Origin: Spirochaetia bacterium
GTDB taxonomy: Bacteria; Spirochaetota; Spirochaetia; SZUA-6; Bin103
Reading direction: 5' to 3'
DNA: 64,000 bases
NCBI GenBank assembly: GCA_965203055.1
Contig: OZ241863.1
Span: 384,001-448,000 of the forward strand
In this document: positions 9,789 to 18,726 of the stretch, piece by piece
How the letters are laid out: each line of letters opens with the position of its first letter
How positions within the stretch are numbered: position 1 is the stretch's first letter
Notes under the pieces: generated by a model
What the model saw: only the letters and a program-made list of their open reading frames with translations
Database searches by the model: none
Told to the model about the DNA's origin: nothing
Program-made: the position numbers and the translations under genes

Positions 9789-10916
9789 TCAGGAGGTCGC
9801 GGCAACCGGCGCCGGCCCGCCGTCCAGGCGAACCTGCGCCGCGGGCCGGCGGCCATCCACCGGAACCGTGTCCAGGAGCTCTTCAAGCACGCCGGCGGCG
9901 GGGGTGGCCGGATCCTGCATGATCAGCCGGTGCGCCACCGTCGGAAGGAAGATCTCCTTGATCAGATCGATCGACACCCAGTTGTCGCCGCGCACCAGCG
10001 CCAACGCGCGGGCCAGGCGTGACACCTTGATCCCCGAGCGCGGGCTGGCGCCGGTCTCGACCGCTGGATGGCCGCGCGTCTGGCGGATCAGCGTGACCAG
10101 GTAGGCGATCACCTCCTCGTGGATGGTGACCGCGTCCACCATCCCCTGCCACTCGTTGAGCCGGGTCTGCCCCACCACCGGCGCGAACCCGCGCCAGGAG
10201 TCGTCGCGGCCGTGTTGATGCACGATCCGTTCCTCATCGTCGTCGCTGGGGTAGCCGAGCGAAAGCTGCACCATGAAGCGGTCGAGCTGCGGCACCGGCA
10301 GCGGGAACAGGTGCGCGCCCTTCAAGTTCATGGTAGCGATGATGAAGAACGGGTCGGGAAGGTGATAGGTCTTGCCCTCGATGGAGATCGCCTGCTCTTC
10401 CATCGCCTGGAAGAAGCTGCCCTGGGTCTTGGGGGTGAGCAGGTTGATCTCGTCGCACAGCACGAAGTGGGCAAAGATCGGCCCGCGGTTGAAGATCAGG
10501 GAGCTGGTGCTGAGTTCGTAGCGGGAGAAGCCGAGAATGTCCTGCGGCAGCAGATCGACCGTGCACTGGATGCGGCTGAAGCTCTCGATCGGCACGTTCT
10601 CCGCCGACAGATCCGCGTGCGCGAACTCGCCATCCGCGCCGTCCGGTCCGCCGCGGCCCGGTCCCCGCCAGTCGATCGATTGCGCCAGCGCCCTGGCGAG
10701 CGAGGTCTTGCCGACGCCGTGGGAGTCGGCCAGGATCACGTGGCCGCCGGCGATCTTGGCCGCGATCAGGTATTCCAGCGTGCGCGGGTCGATGTAGATC
10801 AGCGAGCGCACGTTGTCCAGCAGGCGCTGAATCTCGGCGCTGACCGCCTGCGCCGCGGCGGCGCTGAGGATGGGGTGGCCGTTGTCTGGCGCCGCGGCAT
10901 CCACGAGGCTACGCAC
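9789..10916 (-). CDS. MoxR family AAA+ ATPase
   Basis: HGVGKT (Walker A), RIQCTVDLLPQD, DEIN, PKTQ, AMEE, LDRF, GASPR. GTG start inferred. Confidence 0.9.
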   Translation of the reverse strand: MRSLVDAAAPDNGHPILSAAAAQAVSAEIQRLLDNVRSLIYIDPRTLEYLIAAKIAGGHVILADSHGVGKTSLARALAQSIDWRGPGRGGPDGADGEFAHADLSAENVPIESFSRIQCTVDLLPQDILGFSRYELSTSSLIFNRGPIFAHFVLCDEINLLTPKTQGSFFQAMEEQAISIEGKTYHLPDPFFIIATMNLKGAHLFPLPVPQLDRFMVQLSLGYPSDDDEERIVHQHGRDDSWRGFAPVVGQTRLNEWQGMVDAVTIHEEVIAYLVTLIRQTRGHPAVETGASPRSGIKVSRLARALALVRGDNWVSIDLIKEIFLPTVAHRLIMQDPATPAAGVLEELLDTVPVDGRRPAAQVRLDGGPAPVAATS

Positions 10917-11016
10917 GATGCCGCCAATGATACCGCACCCCCCACCGTGAGGAAAGCCGCGGCGCGCCGCCGGGCCGCAGCCCCGGGGCAGCATAGGTTC
11001 AACACGGTAGCCGGGG

Positions 11017-11272
11017 CTGCGCGTTCCCGGTTGGGCGCAGGCGGCGTCGCTGACGGTCTATGGCTGCCCCGCCCCGGTGGCCGGCGCCGGCGCTTTCCAC
11101 ACCATCGAGCGGGACTGGAACGGCACCAGCGAGATCGCGTGCTGTCGCTGCCGATGGCGCCGCGCATCCTCCCGCGGCCGCTGGGGCCGCCGGCCCGCCG
11201 GAGGAGCTGATCCTGATCCCCTACGGCTGCAGCAACCTGCGCATCGCCGAGTTCCCCCTGCTGCCCCGCTGA
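11017..11272 (+). pseudogene. Relic of a GH127 (beta-L-arabinofuranosidase-like) gene
   Basis: Fragments in three frames: LRVPGWA...FHTIERDW, VLSLPMAPR and the C-terminus EELILIPYGCSNLRIAEFP. The catalytic domain is absent. Confidence 0.6.
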
Positions 11273-11279
11273 GCGGCGC

Positions 11280-11299
11280 AGCTTAGCTTAGCTTAGCTG
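11280..11299. repeat. Pentamer tandem (AGCTT)3-AGCTG
   Basis: agcttagcttagcttagctg read directly. Confidence 0.85.
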
Positions 11300-11515
11300 A
11301 TGCGGCGAGCCAGTCCGCTCACCTCGGCGGTTGACCATAGGTTTTCCGCGGTCCCGTAAGCGTGCGAGTGGCGACATCGAAGGTCAGTCCTTCCGGCGTT
11401 GGTTCAAGAGTGTATGTAAGCGTCCCGTCGCCGCCGCTTGCTGCCGGCAGCACCAGTTGCCCAATACTGACGCCTACAGTGTAGTACTTGGCTGGCAGCC
11501 TGTTGGCGGAGGCGT

Positions 11516-12919
11516 GAGATATTGTCAAGTCTTGTGGATTGAGAATCAGCGAGCGCATCTCCAATCGTTCTGTCGTCTCTCTAAGCCGCTGCCTCCGTCA
11601 GCTCGCCGTCTACGAATTCACGCCCCTCCATCACCAGGGGTATGAGTTTGAAGCCCATCAGCCGGCGCCACCTCCGCTGCGCTTCCAGCGCCAGCTTCCA
11701 GACCATCGTCAGCGTCGCCGCCCGCGACCCGCAGCCCTTCGTCCGCTTCGTCCGCAGCCGCACCGTCGCATACGTCGACTCGATCGGGTTGCTGGTCCGC
11801 AGATGGATCCAGTGCGCCGCCGGAAACCCATAGAAGCTGAACAGCGAGCCTTCATCCTTGCGCAGGCTGGCGACCGCCTTCGGGTACTTCGCCTCCCACG
11901 CCGTGCAGAACTGGTGGTAGGCGCTGGTAGCATGCTCCAACGACGGCGCTTGCCACATCTCGCGGATCATCGTCTTCGCCCGCCCCTGCACCGACTGCGG
12001 CATCTTGTCCAGCACGTTGCCGGCCTTGTGGAACCAGCAGGTCTGTTCCTCCGTTCCCGGATACACCTCCCGCAACGCCGCCCAGAATCCCAACGCCCCG
12101 TCCGCCGTCGCCAGCCGCGGCCCCTTCGTCAGCCCACGCCGCCGCAGGTCCAACAGCAGCTCACACCACGCCGTCTTGCTCTCCCGGTAGCCGTCGCTGA
12201 CCGCCACCACTTCCTTGCGCCCCTGCTCGTCGGCGCCCATGATCACCAGGATGCAACTGCGCTCCTCGTCCAGTCGCACGTTCACGTGCAGGCCGTCGGC
12301 CCAGAAGTACACGTACCTCTTGCCGCTCAGATCACGCTGCGTCCACTCCCGGTACTCCGCTTCCCACACCTTCTTCAGCCGCACCACGTTGGTCGCGCTC
12401 AGCCCTGCGGCCTGCTCTCCCAGGATCGCCGCCAGCGCCTGCGAGAAGTCCCCGCTCGATACCCCCTTCAGGTACAGCGTCGGTATCAGGCTGTCCACAC
12501 TCGGCGTCCGTCTCGCGTAGCGCGGCAGGATCGCGCTGCTGAACCTCGACTCTCCCTGCTTGGCGAGCTGGCGGTCATCGACCCGCGGCTGCCGGATCGG
12601 GATCGGACCGATCCCGGTGACCAACGAGCGCTTCGGCAGATGGCCGTTGCGGACCGCCAGCCGGTGGCCGTGCTGATCCCGCTGGTCAGCGTACCGCGCC
12701 AGGAACTCGTCCACTTCCGCCTCCAGCGCCGCAGCCAGCATCTGCCGCGCTCCGGCGCGTACGATCTCATCCAGAATGGCACCAGGACCTTGAGGACCTT
12801 GAGCCTCGGTGGTCCTGCCGGTATTGTTCTCCACGAGCGTACTCCTCCTGATTCGTGGTTGAATCGTTCTTGGGAGGATGCGCTCTTTTCATCCCATCCA
12901 CAACTTCCGGTTATATCTC
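11516..12919 (-). mobile_element. IS256 family insertion sequence
   Basis: Imperfect IRs GAGATAT-N9-TTGTGGAT at both ends; 9-bp direct repeat CGGAGGCGT at 11507-11515 and 12920-12928. Confidence 0.92.
11581..12834 (-). CDS. IS256 family transposase
   Basis: VRNG, LYLKGVSSGD, YFWADG, TADGALGF, CWFH, RTSNPIES; the DDE triad appears intact. Confidence 0.95.
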   Translation of the reverse strand: MENNTGRTTEAQGPQGPGAILDEIVRAGARQMLAAALEAEVDEFLARYADQRDQHGHRLAVRNGHLPKRSLVTGIGPIPIRQPRVDDRQLAKQGESRFSSAILPRYARRTPSVDSLIPTLYLKGVSSGDFSQALAAILGEQAAGLSATNVVRLKKVWEAEYREWTQRDLSGKRYVYFWADGLHVNVRLDEERSCILVIMGADEQGRKEVVAVSDGYRESKTAWCELLLDLRRRGLTKGPRLATADGALGFWAALREVYPGTEEQTCWFHKAGNVLDKMPQSVQGRAKTMIREMWQAPSLEHATSAYHQFCTAWEAKYPKAVASLRKDEGSLFSFYGFPAAHWIHLRTSNPIESTYATVRLRTKRTKGCGSRAATLTMVWKLALEAQRRWRRLMGFKLIPLVMEGREFVDGELTEAAA

Positions 12920-12958
12920 CGGAGGCGTATGGGTCGCCGTTACCCTCAAAGCTGGGAG

Positions 12959-14214
12959 GGGCGCACTTCCAATTTGTAGGTAGGCCCAAATAGAGAAGCC
13001 CTCCCAGCGACAGGTGATGTAACATCAGGCCGTCACTGGGAGGGCAACATATGTGTGATTCATTGGTAACCGAGATTCTCAACTACTGCAAGGCCACCTG
13101 TGGTCTCGAACTGGGCCGCGCTAGCGGTCCCCACGACCTGTTGCGGGCAGAACTGAGTCTCCTCAAGTGCTTGGTGCGCCTGTGCCGCGCCGCCATGGTG
13201 GAGTGGTTCAAGGAACTGGGCCGCGATTACCGCGGCGCCACGGTCCAGCGCAACGGGGTGTCGTATCGGTTTGTCGGCCACCGCTCCAAGACCCTGCACG
13301 GACTGTTCGGGACGGTACCCTACGAACGGGCCTACTACGCCAGCGGTAGCGGCCAGGGCTGGGCGCCGTTGGATGAGCGGCTCGGCATCAAGCGCGGCCA
13401 TACGCCGGGCTGCCAGTACTTTCTGAGTCAGTTCGTAGCGCGCCAGGCGCACGCAGAGAGTCTGCGGCAGTTTCACGAGGTGTTCCGCGCCGACGGCGGG
13501 GAGCTGGTGTCGGAGAAGAAGGCGTTCACGATGGTGCAGGAGGTAACGGAGGGGTTGGAACGGCAGCGCCAGCAGGAGGTGGACAACTACCAGCAGACTG
13601 CGGCGGGGCCGGAGCTGCACGAGTCGATAGGCGGGACGGTGGCGGTGTGCATCGACGCGGGGAAGGTGCCGGTGCGCGGCAAGGAGCGGGTAGATGATGC
13701 CGGGAAGAAGCGCTACGAGCGGGAGTACCGGGACGCCAAGGTGGCGGCGGAGGCGAGTCGGAGCGTCTACGGGGAGAGGAGCAAGCAGGCAGAGGAATGC
13801 TTTCGGAGGTGGCGGACGATGCTGCGCGGCAGTCGGGCGGGGGAAGTGATAGAGGAGCTGGAGGAGTTGCGCGACGGCGTGGGGTTGAGTGCCCGGCAGC
13901 GGCACGAGGTGCAGGGGGAGATCAACTACTTGAAGAGCAACCAGGGACGGATGGACTACCGGCGGTACCGGCGGGAGGGGCTGCCGATCGGCAGTGGGGC
14001 GGTGGAGAGTACGTGCAAGAACATGGTGGGGGCGCGGCTGAAGGGGAGCGGGATGATCTGGTCGTTGGGCGGGGCGCAGGGGATGCTGCAGCTCTGCACC
14101 TCGGTGAAGAGCGGGCGGTTCAAAAGGGACTACGCGAGCCTGCTGTCCGCCTCGGTGCCGCAGGAGGCCCAGCCACAGGCCGCCTGACGCTACCTACGTT
14201 TTGGAAGTGCGCCC
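12959..14214 (+). mobile_element. ISKra4/ISLre2-like insertion sequence, internally deleted
   Basis: IRs GGGCGCACTTCCAA---GTAGGTAG at both ends; 8-bp direct repeat GCTGGGAG at 12951-12958 and 14215-14222. Confidence 0.88.
13051..14187 (+). CDS. ISKra4-like (UPF0236) transposase, probably missing the central catalytic segment
   Basis: TLHGLFGTV..ERAYY, PLDERLG, CIDAG, GLPIGSGAVESTCK...RLKGSGMIW. No second-Asp (GDGA-like) or DxxH motif seen. Confidence 0.8.
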   Translation: MCDSLVTEILNYCKATCGLELGRASGPHDLLRAELSLLKCLVRLCRAAMVEWFKELGRDYRGATVQRNGVSYRFVGHRSKTLHGLFGTVPYERAYYASGSGQGWAPLDERLGIKRGHTPGCQYFLSQFVARQAHAESLRQFHEVFRADGGELVSEKKAFTMVQEVTEGLERQRQQEVDNYQQTAAGPELHESIGGTVAVCIDAGKVPVRGKERVDDAGKKRYEREYRDAKVAAEASRSVYGERSKQAEECFRRWRTMLRGSRAGEVIEELEELRDGVGLSARQRHEVQGEINYLKSNQGRMDYRRYRREGLPIGSGAVESTCKNMVGARLKGSGMIWSLGGAQGMLQLCTSVKSGRFKRDYASLLSASVPQEAQPQAA

Positions 14215-14577
14215 GCTGGGAGTCAGGTCAGGCGGAGGTTCAGCAACAGGTTTAGGATCATCGCTCTCGCCGGATGCTGGGCTTGGGGTGTCGGGTGTTG
14301 AATGCGACGATGGCTTGGCTACAGGGTCATCGCATCCCGAAACGACTATAGCCACTATGAGCAAACTCATCATCATCCACCCGACCTTCACTAAGCTGAA
14401 ACTACTGGCCTGCCCTATGGCAGTTACTTTCGCGAAGGTCGCTATGCTCATACTTCGCTACCTAACACAACGGTAACCGTCGCGCATTCTTTTCGTTATT
14501 GGTCACATGTGGCATGCAAAACGTCATCAGGATACCGAGGAACGCGAAGCTGCCGATCATCCACGAAGGCTGGGGTT

Positions 14578-15183
14578 GTGAGCGAGCCTGAGGCGTCGAT
14601 CACCGCCGGCATCGAGCCGCAGCACGTCGAGGACGCGCTGCGCATCGTCCACGAAGCGTTCGCTCGGAAGCTGCGCCACGGCTTCCGCGACGCCGACGAC
14701 CTGGTGCGTCTGTTCCACGACTCCGTGGAGCGGACCAACTGCCATTCCGCAGTCGTCGACGGCCGCTGCCTCGGACTGCTGACGTTCGCCGTGACGGGCC
14801 GCGAGTTCTACCGACTGCGCGCAGCCGCTCTGTTCAGCCGATTTTCTCCCTGGCGCGCGCTTCACATGCTGTTCAACGGCTTGCTGCTGATACACACGCC
14901 AGCGCCCGACGAGTATTACGTGGAGTCGATCTCGGTCGCGCCCGCGGCGCGCGGGTTGGGGCTGGGAGCGGCGCTGATGCGGCGGGCGGAGGAGCAGGCG
15001 GTCGCTATGGGCAAGCGCCGGATGTCGCTGAACGTGATCGGGGAGAATGAAGGGGCGATTCGGCTGTACGAGCGTCTGGGCTATCGGATCACCCGGACGC
15101 AGCGGGGCTCTTTGGTTCGGCTCGCGACCGGTTCGGAGATCGTCCACCGGATGGAGAAGCCGCTGGCCTCTGACGGCGGCTAG
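14578..15183 (+). CDS. GNAT family N-acetyltransferase
   Basis: ESISVAPAARGLGLGAALM, LNVIGENEGAIRLYERLGY. Confidence 0.9.
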   Translation: MSEPEASITAGIEPQHVEDALRIVHEAFARKLRHGFRDADDLVRLFHDSVERTNCHSAVVDGRCLGLLTFAVTGREFYRLRAAALFSRFSPWRALHMLFNGLLLIHTPAPDEYYVESISVAPAARGLGLGAALMRRAEEQAVAMGKRRMSLNVIGENEGAIRLYERLGYRITRTQRGSLVRLATGSEIVHRMEKPLASDGG

Positions 15184-15319
15184 AGATAGACGGCGGCTAG
15201 GGTCTGTCTACACTACCGGCGCCGGGGATGCTATCTTCGTCCGGCACGATGCCGGACACCCGGACCGTCCGCCGGCCGCCCTTGACATTCGCATCCTTGA
15301 CGCCTGCTACTGCCGCGTG

Positions 15320-18300
15320 ATGTCCGACCGGGACGCCGCTCCCGCCGCCGCCGGCGCCATCGTGGACAACGTGCGCCGCCGGGTGGGGGACGTGCTGCGC
15401 GAGCACGTCGACGCCGGCGCGCGGCTGTCGATCGTGTCCGCCTACTTCACCATCTACGCCTTTGCGGAGCTGCGCGGCGCGCTGCGGCAGGCGGCCCATA
15501 CCCGCTTCCTCTACGGCGAGCCGCGCGGCGTGGGCCGGATCGACCCGTCCGCCGAGGAAGCCAAGGCGTTCCGCCTGACCGAGGACGGCGGCATCGATCT
15601 GCAGCGCGCGCTGGCGCAGAAGCCGCTCGCCCGCGCCTGCGCCGAGTGGATCGAGCGAAGCGTCGATATCCGCACCGTCACTCAGGCCAACTTCCTGCAC
15701 GGCAAGCTCTACCACGTAGCGGGTGGCGGCGGCGACGGCGCCGACGCGGCCCTGATCGGCAGCTCCAACTTCACGCGGCGCGGCCTGGGCTACGGCGCGG
15801 CGCCCAACCTGGAACTCAACCTCGAAGTCACCCCCGCCGCCGACCGCGCCGCCCTGCTGGCCTGGTTCGACGAGCTGTGGCGGGACGAGTCCCGCACTGC
15901 GGACGCCAAGCAGCAGGTGCTGGCGGCGCTGGAGCGGATCGGCCGCCCCTACGCGCCGCGCTTCGTCTACTACAAGACCTTGTTCCACGTGTTTGAGGAG
16001 TGGCTGGCCGAACGCGGCGCGCGCGCCGGCCTGCTGCACGACGTCCATCTCTACGACACGGCGGTCTGGAACCGCCTCTACCAGTTCCAGCGGGACGGCG
16101 CGACCAGCGCCATCAACCGCCTGCTGCGGCACAACGGCTGCATCGTCGCCGACAGCGTCGGCCTGGGCAAGACCTGGACCGCGCTGGCCGTGATCAAGTT
16201 CTTCGAGCTGCGCAACGAACGGGTGCTGGTGCTGTGCCCCAAGCGGCTGCAGGACAACTGGCTGCGCTACGCCGCCTGGGCCGGCCGGGCCAACAACCCG
16301 TTCGCGCAGGACCGCTTCAACTACACCGTGCTCGCGCACACCGACCTGAGCCGCCAATCCGGCCGCGCCGGGCAGATCGACCTGGCCAACTTCAACTGGG
16401 GGGCGTTCGATCTGGTCGTGATCGACGAGTCGCACAACTTCCGCAACGAGGGGCGCGACCGCACCGACGAGGCGGGTAATATCGTGCGCCGCAGCCGCTA
16501 TAACCGACTGCTGGAGCAGGTGCTGAAGGACCGCGTGCGCAGCAAGGTCCTGATGCTGTCGGCCACGCCGGTCAACACCTCCCTGCGCGACCTGCGCAAT
16601 CAGATCTATCTGATGACCGAACGGCGGCAGGATGCGCTTCGGGAAGCGCTCGGCATCGCCGATCTGCAGAGTCTGTTCGGGGTGGCGCAGCGCGAGTTCC
16701 AGCAGTGGGAGCAGCAACGCCGCGGCGCCACGGGCGACAAGGGCGGGGCGGCGGCCAAGAACGCCCTCATCGCGCGCCTGGGCGCCGATTTCCTGGCGCT
16801 GCTCGATGCGGTCACCATCGCCCGCTCCCGCACCCACGTGCGCCGCTTCTACCCGCAGGTGCACGCCGCCATCGGCGGGTTCCCGCGGCGCGCCAAGCCG
16901 GAGAACCTGCATCCGCCGAGCGACCGCGCCGGCGAACTCTCCTACGACGACCTGCACCGCCGCATCGGCGCCTTCCGGCTGGCGGTCTACAACCCGTCGC
17001 GCTACCTCAAGGACACCTCGGCCCTGGACCGCGAGAAGCAGCGGTACCGCTTCGATCAGCGCGACCGCGAGCGGTGGCTGATCGGCATGTTGCGGGTGAA
17101 TCTGTTGAAGCGGCTGGAGAGCTCCGTGCACGCCTTCACGCTCTCCATGGGACGCATCATCGAGAAGATGGAGGACCTCGACCGGCGCCTCGCCGCCTGG
17201 CTGCAGGCCCCGCACCGTGCGCCGGAAACGCGCGACGACCGCCTCGAGGCGATCGAGGCGCTGCCCGACGAGGACGAGGAAGACGACGAGTTCACGGTCG
17301 GCAGCGCGCGCCGCTATCGCCTGGCGGAACTGGACGCCGCGCGCTGGCGGCGCGACCTGCAGGAGGACTACCGGACCTTCACGAGCCTGCACCGCATGGC
17401 GCAGCGGGTCACGGTGGAACGCGACGCCAAGCTGGCCGAGCTGCGGCGGGTCCTGACCCGCAAGGTCACCCATCCCACCACCGACAAGGACGGCCGGCGC
17501 AACCGCAAGGCGCTGGTCTTCACCTCCTTCGCGGACACCGCGCGCTACCTGCACGACCAGCTCGACGGCGCCATAGCCGGCGCGCGCCTGGCGCTGGTCA
17601 CCGGCGGCGACGGCAACCGCCTCGGCGCGGCGCCGGCGCGGTTCGACGACATCCTGGAGCGCTTCGCGCCGCGGGCGCAGCAGCGCCGGAGCGACGGCGA
17701 TGAGCGGTCAACGCCGGAGATCGACCTGCTGATCGCCACCGACTGCCTGTCGGAGGGGCAGAACCTGCAGGACTGCGACCTGGTGGTGAACTACGACATC
17801 CACTGGAACCCGGTGCGGCTCATGCAGCGGTTCGGGCGCATCGACCGGTTGGGCAGCCGCAACGAGCAGGTGGCGATGATCAACTTCTGGCCGACGCGGG
17901 ACCTCGACCGCTACCTCGACCTCAGGAACCGCGTCGAGGCGCGCATGGCGCTGGCCGACGCCGCGGCCACCGGCCTGGACGATCCGCTGGCCGATCCGCT
18001 GGCCGACGAGCCGGAGCGCGCCGCCCCGGCCGTGCAGGGGGAGATGGCGTTCCGCGACGAGCAGCTCCTGCGCCTGCGCGAGGAGATCCTCGATCTGGAG
18101 CAGGCCGGCGACGGCGTGGCGCTGAGCGACCTGACGCTCGACGACTTCATCGCCGACCTGCTGCACTACGTGCAGCAGAACCGCGCCGCCCTCGAAGCCG
18201 CGCCGGCCGGCATCCATGCCGTGGTCGCGGCCGTCGCGGCCCGGCCCGCCGGCGAAGCCCGGCCGCCCGGCCCGGCGGCGCGGCCGGGCGTGATCTTCTG

Positions 18301-18726
18301 CCTCAGGCAGCGCGCCGACCCGCCCCACCGGACGCCGAACCTGCTGCAGCCCTACTACCTGGTCACGTGCGCGGCGACGGGACCGTGCGCCATTCGTTCC
18401 GGCAGGCCCGGCAGTGCCTGACCCTGTTTCGGGAGCTCGCCGCCGGGCGCCCGCATCCCGCCGCGGCGCTGGAGGCCGCCTTCGACCGCGATACCGCGCA
18501 GGGGCAGCGCATGGATCGGTACGAACGCCTGCTCGCCGCCGCCCTGGACGACATCGCCGCCACCTTCGGCAGCGCGGAGCGGCGCGCCCTCACCCGGCAC
18601 CGCGGCGCCCGGCTCACCCGCCGCTCGGAGCGCCCGCGCGCGGCGCGCGACTTCGAGCTGATCACCTGGCTGGTGATCGCCGACCCGCCTGCGGCGCCCA
18701 CCGCGGAACCGGACGGCGATGGCTGA
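15320..18726 (+). CDS. PLD nuclease-SNF2-like helicase fusion (about 1135 aa) with a one-base frameshift at about 18364
   Basis: LHGKLY...GSSNFT (PLD), ADSVGLGKT, DESHNFR, LSATP, TDCLSEGQNLQ...WNPVRLMQRFGRIDR. The C-terminus continues in ORF 18367..18726. Confidence 0.85.

Larger units (their letters stand above)
11319..14451 (-). pseudogene. Lipoprotein with putative Ig (He_PIG-like) domain, interrupted by two IS elements
   Basis: Joining 14451-14215, 12950-12920 and 11506-11319 (one copy of each TSD kept) gives one 151-aa ORF with lipobox VVSGC, a Pro/Ser linker and LVLPAASGGDGTLTYTL...PEGLTFD..TRTLTG. Confidence 0.8.

Noticed and set aside
11516..14214. Composite or nested transposon
   Set aside because: Each IS has its own IRs and TSD, with host sequence between them, so they are two independent insertions.
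17981..18006. 12-bp duplication (DPLA DPLA) in the helicase
   Set aside because: A simple in-frame slippage in a linker; no evidence of function.
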